A DNA stretch of 64,000 bases from Bdellovibrionales bacterium (GTDB lineage: Bacteria; Bdellovibrionota; Bdellovibrionia; Bdellovibrionales; UBA1609), in assembly GCA_965199825.1 (NCBI GenBank), contig OZ241329.1:1472001-1536000 (forward strand). The letters run 5' to 3'. Both the position numbers and the translations under genes were made by a program. Shown here piece after piece: positions 9,552 through 19,253 of this stretch (the first letter of the stretch is position 1; each line of letters opens with the position of its first letter). A model generated the notes under the pieces. The model made no database searches and was not told the origin of the DNA. It worked only from the letters and a program-made list of their open reading frames with translations.

Positions 9552-11028
9552 AAACCGACTTCAAAACTTTACCTTCAGAGAGTGCGGGCGGTAAAATTCC
9601 CAACAAAGACGCAAGGGTTGGAGCGATATCGATCACTTCGACGCGCTCGGGATAAAGACCACTTTTGATTCCAAAGCCCGAAAATATAATAGGGACTGTG
9701 CGATCGTAAGTGTAGCCGCTCATATGACTGGTGTGATTGGCGTTGGCCACAATATAATAAGGTTTGTGGATACCAACCACGTGCCCGCTGCGCCCATGCA
9801 GGTACGTCTTTAAAATTTGGCGCTCGAATTGAACGGGCGGCAATTGTCTTAAAAGAACATCTTGCTCTGTAAAGGCGTAAAGGATTGCACTATTTTTAAG
9901 TGCGATCTGTTTGATATCGCGAGCCACGGTGTTTAAATCAATTTTGTTGTCCTCGGCTACCTTTTCATCAATAAAAAAATTAAGATCGAGACTAAAAGGC
10001 ACCCATGTTGTTTTGGTTTTATATTTTTTGTTTAAAAATGAATTCATCTCGTCGACCAAAGCTTTTTCATCAATGCGGCCTGAATCGATTCCGGTATCTT
10101 TTAAATATTCTGGCGAGGGTGAAACGCCATGATCTCCGGTTAAAACAAACAAAACATTTTTTAACCCACCCGGATATTGAGTTTCGACAATTTTTCGGAT
10201 GCGGCTGACCGCAAGATCTTCTGCCAGTGTGACATCATGGATCTCAGGAGAGTTTGGACCAAATCGATGGCCAGCATAATCATGCGTCGAAAAACTGAGC
10301 GAAATAAAATCGGTCGAGTTTTTAAGTGGTTTATTTTTAAATTCTTTGATGACCGACTCAAACGCATCCACGGTCAACTCAACGCCGCAGGAGGTGTTGT
10401 AGTCGCAATTTGATTTTTCAACTTTGCGGTTGAGAGACTCAATCCAATCGGGAAGTTTTTTATCTTTTAAATAATAGTCGCTCGAAACAAAACGCCGATT
10501 TTTATGGTCCAACCAAAAACTAAAATCGGGACGGTGGCCTCCCATCAAAATCGCGGCTCGATCTTTTAGAGCAAATGAGATCACACGGCTTGGCGCCCCA
10601 GAATTTTTAAGTTCGTCGGTAAGGGTTGTTCCGTGCAGAGTTTGTGGCGACGTTCCCGAATGTTCAGGAGTTTCAGATCCGACCCAGTGAAAATCTGGAT
10701 CTTCCACACAGTAGCGCTTTTTTTTAAGAGTTTGATCGTACCAATCATTAATCGGAATTCCCATTTGATAGGGATAAGCACCGGTCAACACAGTTGCGTG
10801 TCCAGGGCAAGTCATCGCTTGGAGCACGTCATATTCGCCGTAGGGAAAGTAAGCACCGCGGTCGATCAATGCGCGAAAACCATCTTTTCGAAATTCACTT
10901 CTGTAACGGGAGAGATAGTCGGTGCGAAACTGATCGATCACCATAAATACAATCAGTTTGGGTTTTTGGGGTGCCCACGGGGCTGCAAGCGAATGTAAGC
11001 ACAATGAAAGGACTAGGTTTAAAAGCAT
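9541..11028 (-). CDS. Alkaline phosphatase superfamily protein, PafA-like
   Basis: IDQFR.DY, TCPGHAT (Thr nucleophile), KDRAAI, DYAGHRFGP and TGDHG motifs. Confidence 0.9.
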   Translation of the reverse strand: MLLNLVLSLCLHSLAAPWAPQKPKLIVFMVIDQFRTDYLSRYRSEFRKDGFRALIDRGAYFPYGEYDVLQAMTCPGHATVLTGAYPYQMGIPINDWYDQTLKKKRYCVEDPDFHWVGSETPEHSGTSPQTLHGTTLTDELKNSGAPSRVISFALKDRAAILMGGHRPDFSFWLDHKNRRFVSSDYYLKDKKLPDWIESLNRKVEKSNCDYNTSCGVELTVDAFESVIKEFKNKPLKNSTDFISLSFSTHDYAGHRFGPNSPEIHDVTLAEDLAVSRIRKIVETQYPGGLKNVLFVLTGDHGVSPSPEYLKDTGIDSGRIDEKALVDEMNSFLNKKYKTKTTWVPFSLDLNFFIDEKVAEDNKIDLNTVARDIKQIALKNSAILYAFTEQDVLLRQLPPVQFERQILKTYLHGRSGHVVGIHKPYYIVANANHTSHMSGYTYDRTVPIIFSGFGIKSGLYPERVEVIDIAPTLASLLGILPPALSEGKVLKSVFKN

Positions 11029-11051
11029 CGGGCGACTATCATATAAGCCTC

Positions 11052-11080
11052 TTGAATTTGCAATTACACTGAACTAATTT
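11052..11080 (+). promoter_or_regulatory. Putative sigma70-type promoter of nadE, probably leaderless
   Basis: TTGAAT-17 bp-TAATTT; ATG at 11087 lies 7 nt downstream; no SD. Confidence 0.45.
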
Positions 11081-11083
11081 TCG

Positions 11084-13003
11084 ATGATGACGAACTTTGC
11101 AGATTATGGATTTGTCCGCATTCGACTAATAAGTCCTCAGGTGTTTGTTGCCCAGCCCGAGGCCAACGCACTCAATTACATTGCAGAGGCCAAAAAGGCG
11201 GCTCTCGATGAGGTCTCCATTTTGGTTGGCCCAGAGCTTGGCCTTACCGGCTACACTGCGGAAGACTTTTTTTTTAAGGAAGATATTTTACAAGGAACAA
11301 AGCGAGCACTAAATAAAATTTGTGAAGCCTCCAAAAAAGATTTTGCAACAACCACTTTAATTGTAGGCGCGCCGCTGCGAACCGCGGATGGGCGACTTTA
11401 CAACTGTGCGGTTGTGATTGCCGATGGCAAAATCATAGGAGCAGTGCCTAAATCACATCTCGCAAACAATGATAATTTTTATGAGGAACGATGGTTTACA
11501 CCGGGTAAAGGTGTGGAGCAGGTGGTGGATGACTTTGTTTTGTCGCCCCATCAAATCTTTCAAATGAGTGAGCTGCAATTTGCCATCGAAATCTGTGAGG
11601 ATGCTTGGGTGTGTGCGCCGCCCAGTCATATTCACGCGAGTGTGGGGGCTCATGCAATTTTTAATTTATCTTCGAGCAATGCCCAAATTGGCAAGCCGTC
11701 CTTTCGGCGCGATCTGGTTCGAATTTTATCGGCCCAAGAACGTGCGGCTTATTTTTATGTCTCCTCGAATGCGTCAGAATCATCACGCGATCTCATTTTT
11801 GATGCCCATTTTTTGGCATCGAGCAATGGCACCTCGATGCTCGATCATCAGACTTTTAGTTTTGAAAACATCCACTTTGATGTCGAAATGGATCTCAATC
11901 AAATTTTGCTTGAGCGAGGAAGCGACAAAACTTTTGGTCGCCAAAGATTTAAAAAATCGCATTATCGCTTTCATCGTATCTCGCAAAAACTTTTACCACT
12001 CAGTGAGTTGCATTCGCCTATTAATCCCCATCCTTTTTTACCCGCGGCCAAAGATCTAAAAGAACGAACCCAAGAAATTTTAAAAATGCAGGCGTTTGGC
12101 TTAGCCCGCCGACTTCAAGCCGCAAAGGTTGAATGTGCGGTGATTGGGGTTTCGGGTGGAGCCGACTCAACGCTTGCGCTGATTGTGGCGATTGAAGCCA
12201 TAAAAATTTTAAAATGGGATCCTAAACAAATAGTAGCAGTCACGATGCCGGGGTTTGGCACCTCGAAACAAACGCGCAATCAAGCCATGGAATTGATGAA
12301 GCATCTGGGGGTCACGGTGAGAGTGATCCCGATTGAACAGGCCGTACTTCAACATTTTAAAGATATTGATCACGATCCTAACAAAACAGATATTGTTTAC
12401 GAAAATGCTCAAGCCCGTGAACGGACACAAATTCTGTTTGATATTAGTAATCAAATAAATGGACTTGTTGTGGGCACTGGAGATCTGTCTGAGCTGTGTG
12501 TGGGTTGGTGCACCTTTAATGGCGATCAGATGGCCGGCTATTCGGTTAATGCCAACGTACCAAAAACTTTAGTTAAAGAATTATTTATGACCTATGCCGA
12601 ATATGAGCCGCGGCTGTCGGAAGTGTTAAAACAAATCTATAACACCACAGTTTCGCCGGAGCTCAAGCCTCTAGATCATAAAGGCCAAATTGCGCAATTG
12701 ACCGAAGAACAGATTGGCCCTTTTGTTTTGATCGATTTTTTTATTTATCATTTGTTGCGCAATCATTTTGCTGCAGAAAAAATTATTTTGTTAGCGACTC
12801 TTGCATTTAAAACATCGCTCAAGGAAAAAGAGATTCGCAAATGGTGGGATGTTTTTGCCAAGCGGTTTCGAACTCAACGAGTGAAGACCACCACCCTTCC
12901 TCCTGGTGTGCGTATTGGGGCGGTCGACATTTCACCTCGAAGCACTCGTTTTCCAGATGATATTATTTTGGCTTCCGAGAATTTTTCGCTCTTGTTTCGC
13001 TAA
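11084..13003 (+). CDS. nadE: Glutamine-dependent NAD+ synthetase
   Basis: N-terminal nitrilase domain (PEL.LTGY, PK, ICED) plus synthetase SGGADST, ENAQARER and TGDLSE motifs. Confidence 0.95.
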   Translation: MMTNFADYGFVRIRLISPQVFVAQPEANALNYIAEAKKAALDEVSILVGPELGLTGYTAEDFFFKEDILQGTKRALNKICEASKKDFATTTLIVGAPLRTADGRLYNCAVVIADGKIIGAVPKSHLANNDNFYEERWFTPGKGVEQVVDDFVLSPHQIFQMSELQFAIEICEDAWVCAPPSHIHASVGAHAIFNLSSSNAQIGKPSFRRDLVRILSAQERAAYFYVSSNASESSRDLIFDAHFLASSNGTSMLDHQTFSFENIHFDVEMDLNQILLERGSDKTFGRQRFKKSHYRFHRISQKLLPLSELHSPINPHPFLPAAKDLKERTQEILKMQAFGLARRLQAAKVECAVIGVSGGADSTLALIVAIEAIKILKWDPKQIVAVTMPGFGTSKQTRNQAMELMKHLGVTVRVIPIEQAVLQHFKDIDHDPNKTDIVYENAQARERTQILFDISNQINGLVVGTGDLSELCVGWCTFNGDQMAGYSVNANVPKTLVKELFMTYAEYEPRLSEVLKQIYNTTVSPELKPLDHKGQIAQLTEEQIGPFVLIDFFIYHLLRNHFAAEKIILLATLAFKTSLKEKEIRKWWDVFAKRFRTQRVKTTTLPPGVRIGAVDISPRSTRFPDDIILASENFSLLFR

Positions 13004-13005
13004 CG

Positions 13006-15354
13006 ATGAAGCTTTCTTATTCGGTTAGAGATTTTGCTCAACCCGTTCCACGTCATGGAAGTATTGATGTTCACTCAGGCCTTGGCCTTGCCAACACTCA
13101 AGGTCAAGCGGTTCATGAGCTCATCCAGAGTGAGCGCTCTTCGGTTTTTTACAAAGCAGAATTTCCGCTGGCGTGGGAATTTAAACGAGAAGAATTTGTT
13201 TTTGCGGTCTCGGGCCGAGCAGACGGTTTGTTTTTATCGCCTCTAAAAATTGAAGAAATCAAAAGCACCTTTGATCTGAAAGGTCTGATCGCTGCTCTTA
13301 AAAGTACCCAATTTCATCCCTACATCTTGCAGCTCGCGGTTTACCAAGATCTTTATCAACGCATTCATGGTCTTAAACCCGAAGCATTTTTGCATTTGGT
13401 GTGTCTGAGAAATGGTGCGCGTGTCGAGATGGATTTACCCCTCGATACTCAACATTATGAAGAGTGGCTTGAGCGACGTCTTGATCAAGCCGTGATCGAA
13501 GCAAGAAAACAAATCAAAATTTCTAAGCGTCGAAGCACAGCCGCCAAAGTGATGAGCTTTCCGTTTGAGACTGTAAGAATGGGGCAGTCTGAATTAATGG
13601 CAAGGGTTGAAGAATCGATTACCAAAAAAATTCCGCTGCTTGTTCAAGCACCAACGGGACTGGGCAAAACCATGGCGGTTTTTTTACCGATGGTCAAAGA
13701 AGCCTTTGGTCGCGGTGAACGGCTGATTTACGTCACACCAAAAAACTCGCAGCATCAAGTGGCCGAAGATGCGGTCGAACGTTTACAAAAAACGGGTGCG
13801 AAATTTAAATCTTTAACTTTGACTGCCAAAAATAAATTGTGCCTTAAAGAAGAAGTTTTGTGTCGTCCTGATTATTGTGAATATGCCAAGGATCATTTTA
13901 CCAAGCTGACCGAAAATAAAGTTGTTGAAGAAGCTTTACGTAAAAAGAAGCTCACAAAAAAAACGTTCCGCTCTCTTGGTTTAAAGCATCAGGTCTGTCC
14001 GTTTGAACTCTCGCTAGATATTTTGAATTTTGTTGATGTGGTTATTGGGGATTATAATTATGTATTTGCACCCTATGGTTGCGTCACTCGACTCACTCCA
14101 ACCACAGCAAGTAAAAAAAGAAAATCAAATCTGATTATTGATGAAGTTCACAATTTGCCTTCGCGCGCCAATGAATATCAGTCAAAATCATTATCCACCA
14201 AAAACCTAGAAGATCTAAGAGCGCTCGTCGCTCCCGCTTTTTTTTCGCAAGCTTCAATCTTAATTGATAAGATTCAAGGTCAAATCAAAAACACCGGTTC
14301 AAGAGACGGCTTGGTCGAACTTGATCACCAATCTTTTTTTGATCTGCAAGATCAAGTGGGCCATTTACTTTCGCAATATTTAAGAACCGATCTTGAAATC
14401 GGCTCAAAGGATCCGATCATTTCTCTTTCGCGTGAGATTACCGATTGGTGTTTGGCCTTAGAAAATTCATCGGGCCCACATTTTTTTATCACCCGCCGCA
14501 CTCAAGGAACCGACGTTATTTTAAAGGTTACCTGTTGTGATGCCTCACTTGTTTTAAAAGAAATTTACAAATTTTTTAGATCTGTGGTTGGATTTTCGGC
14601 AACCTTAAAACCATTTGAGTACTACGCCAAACTTTGTGGGTTTGATTCGCAAAAGCTCGAGATTGCCGAGTTTAAATCTCCCTTTTCGAAACACCGCCGA
14701 AAGATTTTGGTGATCCCCCAAATTTCGACCAAGTGGCAAGATCGCGATTCAAATGCCCAAAAGATTGCTCAAGTGATCGCCCGAATTGCAGCGCGAAAAA
14801 AAGGTCATTATTTTGCATTTTTTCCGAGCTACCAATTTTTGTATCAGGTGTCCCGCCTGATTGAATTGCCAGATTTTGAGGTGATTGAGCATCCGCGTGA
14901 GGCCAAAGCCTACTGGGTTAATGATCTGCTCGAAAAATTAAAAACCTCTAGCCGGCCGATATTATTTTGTACGGTTCAGGGGGGAGTCTTTTCGGAAGGT
15001 GTGGATTATCCGGGTGACATGCTGATTGGTGCCTTTGTTGTTGGTCCAGGATTGCCAACATTTGATAGTGAGCGTGAGCAGATGCGCAAATACTTTGAAA
15101 CCCAGTACGGCTCAGGCTTTGACTATGCGTACACTTATCCTGCGATGACAAAAGTGGTGCAGTCGGCAGGGCGCGTAATTCGGCGCCCCGAAGATAAAGG
15201 TTTGATTGTTTTATTGGATCGTCGATTTGCCTCGCAAAACTATGTTAAGTCTATGCCAACAGATTGGTTTGAAAACTCGGTGCAAGATTTAATTTCTTCA
15301 GAAATTATCAAATCGGTGGATGAGTTTTGGCAAAGGATGGATGATGAATCTTGA
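13006..15354 (+). CDS. DinG/XPD (Rad3)-family Fe-S DNA helicase with N-terminal PD-(D/E)xK nuclease domain
   Basis: GRADG..IEEIKS..QLAVY nuclease motifs; QAPTGLGKT; four Cys ending CPFE; DEVH; SATL; FFPSY; EGVD; QSAGRVIR. Confidence 0.9.
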   Translation: MKLSYSVRDFAQPVPRHGSIDVHSGLGLANTQGQAVHELIQSERSSVFYKAEFPLAWEFKREEFVFAVSGRADGLFLSPLKIEEIKSTFDLKGLIAALKSTQFHPYILQLAVYQDLYQRIHGLKPEAFLHLVCLRNGARVEMDLPLDTQHYEEWLERRLDQAVIEARKQIKISKRRSTAAKVMSFPFETVRMGQSELMARVEESITKKIPLLVQAPTGLGKTMAVFLPMVKEAFGRGERLIYVTPKNSQHQVAEDAVERLQKTGAKFKSLTLTAKNKLCLKEEVLCRPDYCEYAKDHFTKLTENKVVEEALRKKKLTKKTFRSLGLKHQVCPFELSLDILNFVDVVIGDYNYVFAPYGCVTRLTPTTASKKRKSNLIIDEVHNLPSRANEYQSKSLSTKNLEDLRALVAPAFFSQASILIDKIQGQIKNTGSRDGLVELDHQSFFDLQDQVGHLLSQYLRTDLEIGSKDPIISLSREITDWCLALENSSGPHFFITRRTQGTDVILKVTCCDASLVLKEIYKFFRSVVGFSATLKPFEYYAKLCGFDSQKLEIAEFKSPFSKHRRKILVIPQISTKWQDRDSNAQKIAQVIARIAARKKGHYFAFFPSYQFLYQVSRLIELPDFEVIEHPREAKAYWVNDLLEKLKTSSRPILFCTVQGGVFSEGVDYPGDMLIGAFVVGPGLPTFDSEREQMRKYFETQYGSGFDYAYTYPAMTKVVQSAGRVIRRPEDKGLIVLLDRRFASQNYVKSMPTDWFENSVQDLISSEIIKSVDEFWQRMDDES

Positions 15355-16837
15355 TTCGCTGCCGGTTGTTTTTATGGATTGCCAAACGACCGGTGCGTCA
15401 CCAGCAAACGGCGAACTCTTAGAGATTGCGTGGCTTCACGGGACCGCTTTAAATTCGGGTGAGTTGCATTCAGCAATTTTACAGACATCATCTGTTGCTC
15501 CTCGAATCGAGTCGCTGACCGGGATTAGCGATGAACACATGCGCACCCATGGGCAAGATAAACTCGATGTGCTCAAGGATTTTTTAAAATCGATTGAAGG
15601 TGAAAAAAGGCATGCGGTCATTCACTTTTCGCAATTCGAGACCCCATTTTTAAATGAGTGGGCAAATATTTTTCCACTCGAAATTCTTTGTACCTATCAA
15701 ATTGCGCGTCGAATTTTGCCTAATTTTCCAACTCGCGGCGTGCGGGGACTTGCGGCTTATTTTGGAATGCCGCTTGAGGCCCTCAAGCGCGCCGAGCATC
15801 ATGTGCGCGCCACCGAGCAAATTTGGAAAGGACTTGTTGCAGAATTAAAAACTCAAGGGCTTACCACTTTAGAGGAGCTCCAAAACATATTGAGCTTGCC
15901 GGTTGGCAAAAAATCAAAACGTTTTGATTATCCAATGGAACGCCTCACCCGCCTGAAGCTCCCAGATCTTCCGGGAGTGTACCGTATGAAAAATCAATCG
16001 GGCCGTGTTCTTTACGTGGGCAAGGCGACATCCCTCAAAAGTCGAGTGAACAGCTATTTCAGAAGCAAAAAAAATCGCGATCCGCGTAAAACCGAAATGC
16101 TGATGCAGGTGCGCGATATCGAGGTCACACCTTGCAAAAGTCCGCTCGAAGCCGCGTTGCTTGAAACCGATGAGATCAAAAGATTTGACCCCCCGTTTAA
16201 TATCAATCTTAAAACGGGGCAGCGCCGCTTACATTTTTTTTCACGTGATTTTAAAAGTGTGAGTGAGGTCCCAACAGATCGACATCCCATAGGTCCGTTT
16301 GCAAGTATCTTGAGTATCAATCAAGTTTTGATATTAAGTATCACCCAAAATGACATTATCAGCTCGCAGATTTTTTTTGATCCCATTGATCAAGATCTGA
16401 TCCATCAAGGGTTTGAAACTTTGGTGCAGCGGTATCAGCTTAAAAATAATTTGTCTGTTCGTCAGTTTATTGCACTTGGTCTTAAACTATTAAAACGAGA
16501 TCAAAATATTACGGTTGCTGAACCTGAGGCCGAGGTCGAAGACGCCGAGATCGAACTCACCCCAGACTCCATTGCCGATAAATTTGAGCGACTATTAAAA
16601 CGAGTGGCTGGTCAATTTCAAAGGTCGAGAATTTTGACCAAATTATTAAATTCAAATGTTTCGTTTGAATCCTCATCGGGCACTCAACATATTGAAGTGC
16701 GGGGCGGAAAAATCGATCAAACCTGCGCTCAGGGCGGGTGGCAAGGATTGGGAATTGCCGACTATGATCGCATGAGTGTTTTGTTGTCGGAACTCACCAA
16801 ATGTCATGGTCATATTTCGCCACAAAATAATCTCTGA
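15341..16837 (+). CDS. DnaQ-like (degenerate DEDD) exonuclease fused to UvrC/Cho-like GIY-YIG endonuclease
   Basis: DCQTTG..EIA..LTGI N-terminal domain; PGVYRM..VLYVGKA.SLKSRV.SYF..AALLE..IK...P.FN. Confidence 0.85.
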   Translation: MMNLDSLPVVFMDCQTTGASPANGELLEIAWLHGTALNSGELHSAILQTSSVAPRIESLTGISDEHMRTHGQDKLDVLKDFLKSIEGEKRHAVIHFSQFETPFLNEWANIFPLEILCTYQIARRILPNFPTRGVRGLAAYFGMPLEALKRAEHHVRATEQIWKGLVAELKTQGLTTLEELQNILSLPVGKKSKRFDYPMERLTRLKLPDLPGVYRMKNQSGRVLYVGKATSLKSRVNSYFRSKKNRDPRKTEMLMQVRDIEVTPCKSPLEAALLETDEIKRFDPPFNINLKTGQRRLHFFSRDFKSVSEVPTDRHPIGPFASILSINQVLILSITQNDIISSQIFFDPIDQDLIHQGFETLVQRYQLKNNLSVRQFIALGLKLLKRDQNITVAEPEAEVEDAEIELTPDSIADKFERLLKRVAGQFQRSRILTKLLNSNVSFESSSGTQHIEVRGGKIDQTCAQGGWQGLGIADYDRMSVLLSELTKCHGHISPQNNL

Positions 16838-16904
16838 ATGCCACGAATCCGTTTTGCAAGGTGGTTAAAATCTTGTAAACCATAGTTCACCGAAGGGACA
16901 AAAA

Positions 16905-17243
16905 ATGGATTTTGAGTTTTTATCACAAGCCGATGCAATGACATTACGATTTGAAAAAGCAAAGCGGGCTCTTGAAACAGCGAAGTCAGAATTAGACCAA
17001 GCCAAGAGCGCATTTGAAGATCTTTTAACACAAGCCGATGATCATGGAATTCCAAAAAACAAATTGCGAAAGTTAGCAGAAGAGCGAATTTCTGCACTTT
17101 TTGAAATTGGCATGATCGATGGTATCGAAGCCGCTGCACCGGTAAAAGAAAAGCCAAAGAAAAAAAAGAAAGACAAACAAGCCATGCCCGATATTTTAGA
17201 AGAGGCACCGGCAAAAGAAACTGAAGAGGTTCTCGATGTCTGA
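16905..17243 (+). CDS. Small helical protein with Lys-rich tail, possibly GapR-like
   Basis: Coiled coil, then DLL..A...G.....LRK....R; KEKPKKKKKDK tail; GAAGGGA RBS. Confidence 0.6.
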   Translation: MDFEFLSQADAMTLRFEKAKRALETAKSELDQAKSAFEDLLTQADDHGIPKNKLRKLAEERISALFEIGMIDGIEAAAPVKEKPKKKKKDKQAMPDILEEAPAKETEEVLDV

Positions 17244-17478
17244 TGAAATGAAGGCCGAACTCGAGCGTTTAAGAGCCGAAAACGAAGCCTTAAAAAATAA
17301 GCCGGCTCGTGGCCAGCTCTCAATGAAGGTGAGCGAAAAGGGAGCCCTTTCTGTTTATGGAATGGGTCGATTTCCGGTAACACTGTACAAAGAGCAATGG
17401 CTAAAGCTTTTAGGAATTGCTGAAGAGATCAAAAGTTTTATCTCGGCAAACGACGAACGATTAAAAACAAAAGAGTAA
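17236..17478 (+). CDS. Small protein, possible PC4-like nucleic-acid-binding fold
   Basis: Coiled coil plus KVSEKGALSVYG.GRFPVTLYKEQW.KLL; GAGG RBS; overlaps the upstream gene. Confidence 0.7.
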   Translation: MSDEMKAELERLRAENEALKNKPARGQLSMKVSEKGALSVYGMGRFPVTLYKEQWLKLLGIAEEIKSFISANDERLKTKE

Positions 17479-17510
17479 AAACCTAGACCAGATCCCACAC
17501 ACGTCTTCGC

Positions 17511-17538
17511 TTGCGGCATTTTGCAGTTTAAGTAAAAT
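17511..17538 (+). promoter_or_regulatory. Putative sigma70-type promoter, leaderless start at ATG 17545
   Basis: TTGCGG-16 bp-TAAAAT; second ATG 7 nt downstream; no SD. Confidence 0.45.
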
Positions 17539-17541
17539 GCA

Positions 17542-17901
17542 ATGATGAAGAATTCGATTCTTATTCATAGCGTAGCAGATGTGGTCAATCGAAAGCCTCT
17601 GCTCACCCAAAGTGTAGAGGTTATCGAAATCGATCAGCAGCGAATGGTTTTTGAGATTCCGCTAACAGTCTTAAGTAAAAATCAAACTCTTCTGGTCGAA
17701 TGCGATTTGTTTATCAATGACGAGAAAATTCAATTTCAATTTACCGCCAACATAGAAAATATCGTGAATGATCTCAAACGCCTCCGTTTGATTGTTCACC
17801 TTTCGCAGTATGAAACACGCGTCTGGAAGAGCTTTGTAGAGAACGTGCAATCGCTCCAATTAAAGGTCGATAAAATTTTAAAAGATATTAAGGGTGAATA
17901 A
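17542..17901 (+). CDS. Hypothetical protein, PilZ-like beta-barrel pattern
   Basis: Alternating beta-strand pattern (VEVIEIDQQRMVFE...FTANI...LIVHL) plus C-terminal helix; overlaps the next gene. Confidence 0.55.
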   Translation: MMKNSILIHSVADVVNRKPLLTQSVEVIEIDQQRMVFEIPLTVLSKNQTLLVECDLFINDEKIQFQFTANIENIVNDLKRLRLIVHLSQYETRVWKSFVENVQSLQLKVDKILKDIKGE

Positions 17902-19204
17902 AATCGTGGCGAACGAAAAAATGGCTGCTTTTTTTGACAATCAAACCTGTTTGATTGTTGAGCCGTCTCAAGCTTTTTTATCCTCTATTCAGTCGTGTAT
18001 CTCGAGCCTCGATATGCCAAGCCTCAAAGTGATGGTGGCAAAAAAATGGGAAGATGCTCTTAATTTTGTGCGGACTGAAAAACCCAAAATGCTGATTACC
18101 GAAACCGATGTGTCGGGCCATCTTGGGCTTGAGCTGATCGAGATTCAGCAGCAGATCTTTGGTGATAACGAGCGTGTGGCCATCGTAATCAGTCACGATT
18201 CAAGTGACTCAATGATTGCCGAGGCTGCTGAAGAGCAGGTGGATGTTTTTTTACTCAAACCTTTTTCTACCGATCAGTTTCGTCAAAAACTGATTGCGAG
18301 TTTAGAAAAAAAAATCACACCCACTCCTTATATGGCCACCATTCGTGAAGCCAAAGAAAAGCAGGCTCAAAAAGATTATGACTCTGCGATCTCGCTTCTT
18401 AACAAAGCAAAGTTGATGATCGATAAACCAAGTCTTGCTTGCGCTTATTTGGGCAGTATTTATCGACTTAAAGATGATCGCAAATCTGCTCTTAGTGAAT
18501 TTCGCCGAGGGCGCACCTTTCACTCTATGCACTACCAATGCATCATCGGCGAGTTTGAGGTCTTAATGGACGAAAAAGATTATGCAAAAGCCTATGAGCT
18601 GATCCCGGTGATCTCAAAAAACTTTCCTTTGACCCCAAAGCGGCTGGGCCAAGTTTTTATTGCATCGGTTTGTGCCCATCGATTTGAAAATTTGGGTGAA
18701 CACTTTCAGTTGTTCTCAAATCTCGAAAAGCGCTCACCAGAATTGGTCAAGGTTGCGTCAATGGCGCTGATTGCTGGCGGCAAATATTTTTTATCTCAAA
18801 AAAATCTTTTTAAGGCTGCCGATCTGTTTGAAAAAGCTTTGGCGGTGGCCAGTCGCGAATTTACTTATGTTCAGAATATTGCCAACGAACTCTTAGGTGT
18901 CGGGGCGCGAGAAGAAGCAAAAAGTGTGATTCAAAAAACATTGCAGGCCGACCAAAAAAATCCTGGCTATGACAGACTAAATTTTAAATACGACTTGCTG
19001 ACTTTAACGCCGGGTCAATTGATTGATGCCGCTCGCAAACATGGCAACTCGGGCAATGCCGATCAGGAAACCTATGTGGCTGTGATCAAAATTTTGGCTG
19101 AAGCCAAAAAAGAAACCCTTGCCGAAAGTATTATTGTAAAAGCGCTGCAGACCTATCCAGATCTTCGATCGCGGCTCTATGAGATTTTAGCCCAAAACGC
19201 CTAA
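17894..19204 (+). CDS. Atypical response-regulator receiver plus TPR protein
   Basis: CLIVEP..PKMLITE..G..L..FLLKPF receiver pattern; helical TPR-like C-terminus. Confidence 0.8.
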   Translation: MNKIVANEKMAAFFDNQTCLIVEPSQAFLSSIQSCISSLDMPSLKVMVAKKWEDALNFVRTEKPKMLITETDVSGHLGLELIEIQQQIFGDNERVAIVISHDSSDSMIAEAAEEQVDVFLLKPFSTDQFRQKLIASLEKKITPTPYMATIREAKEKQAQKDYDSAISLLNKAKLMIDKPSLACAYLGSIYRLKDDRKSALSEFRRGRTFHSMHYQCIIGEFEVLMDEKDYAKAYELIPVISKNFPLTPKRLGQVFIASVCAHRFENLGEHFQLFSNLEKRSPELVKVASMALIAGGKYFLSQKNLFKAADLFEKALAVASREFTYVQNIANELLGVGAREEAKSVIQKTLQADQKNPGYDRLNFKYDLLTLTPGQLIDAARKHGNSGNADQETYVAVIKILAEAKKETLAESIIVKALQTYPDLRSRLYEILAQNA

Positions 19205-19211
19205 TGACTTG

Positions 19212-19237
19212 AGCGATCGCTAAAAAAAGCGATCGCT
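19212..19237. terminator. Hairpin between convergent genes, possible bidirectional terminator
   Basis: AGCGATCGCT-AAAAAA-AGCGATCGCT: two copies of a perfect palindrome forming a 10-bp stem. Confidence 0.5.
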
Positions 19238-19253
19238 ATCGAAATTATTTTTG

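Noticed and set aside
13006..13500. Cas4-like nuclease plus DinG, suggesting type IV CRISPR-Cas
   Set aside because: No repeat-spacer array or other cas genes; the nuclease lacks the Cas4 Cys cluster and the context is housekeeping
16810..17383. Antisense ORFs of 134 and 113 aa, and similar short shadow ORFs across the window
   Set aside because: They lie opposite or within better-supported genes and have no RBS or family motifs
19212..19237. GCGATCGC (HIP1-like) palindrome pair
   Set aside because: No evident window-wide over-representation; best explained as a terminator-like hairpin
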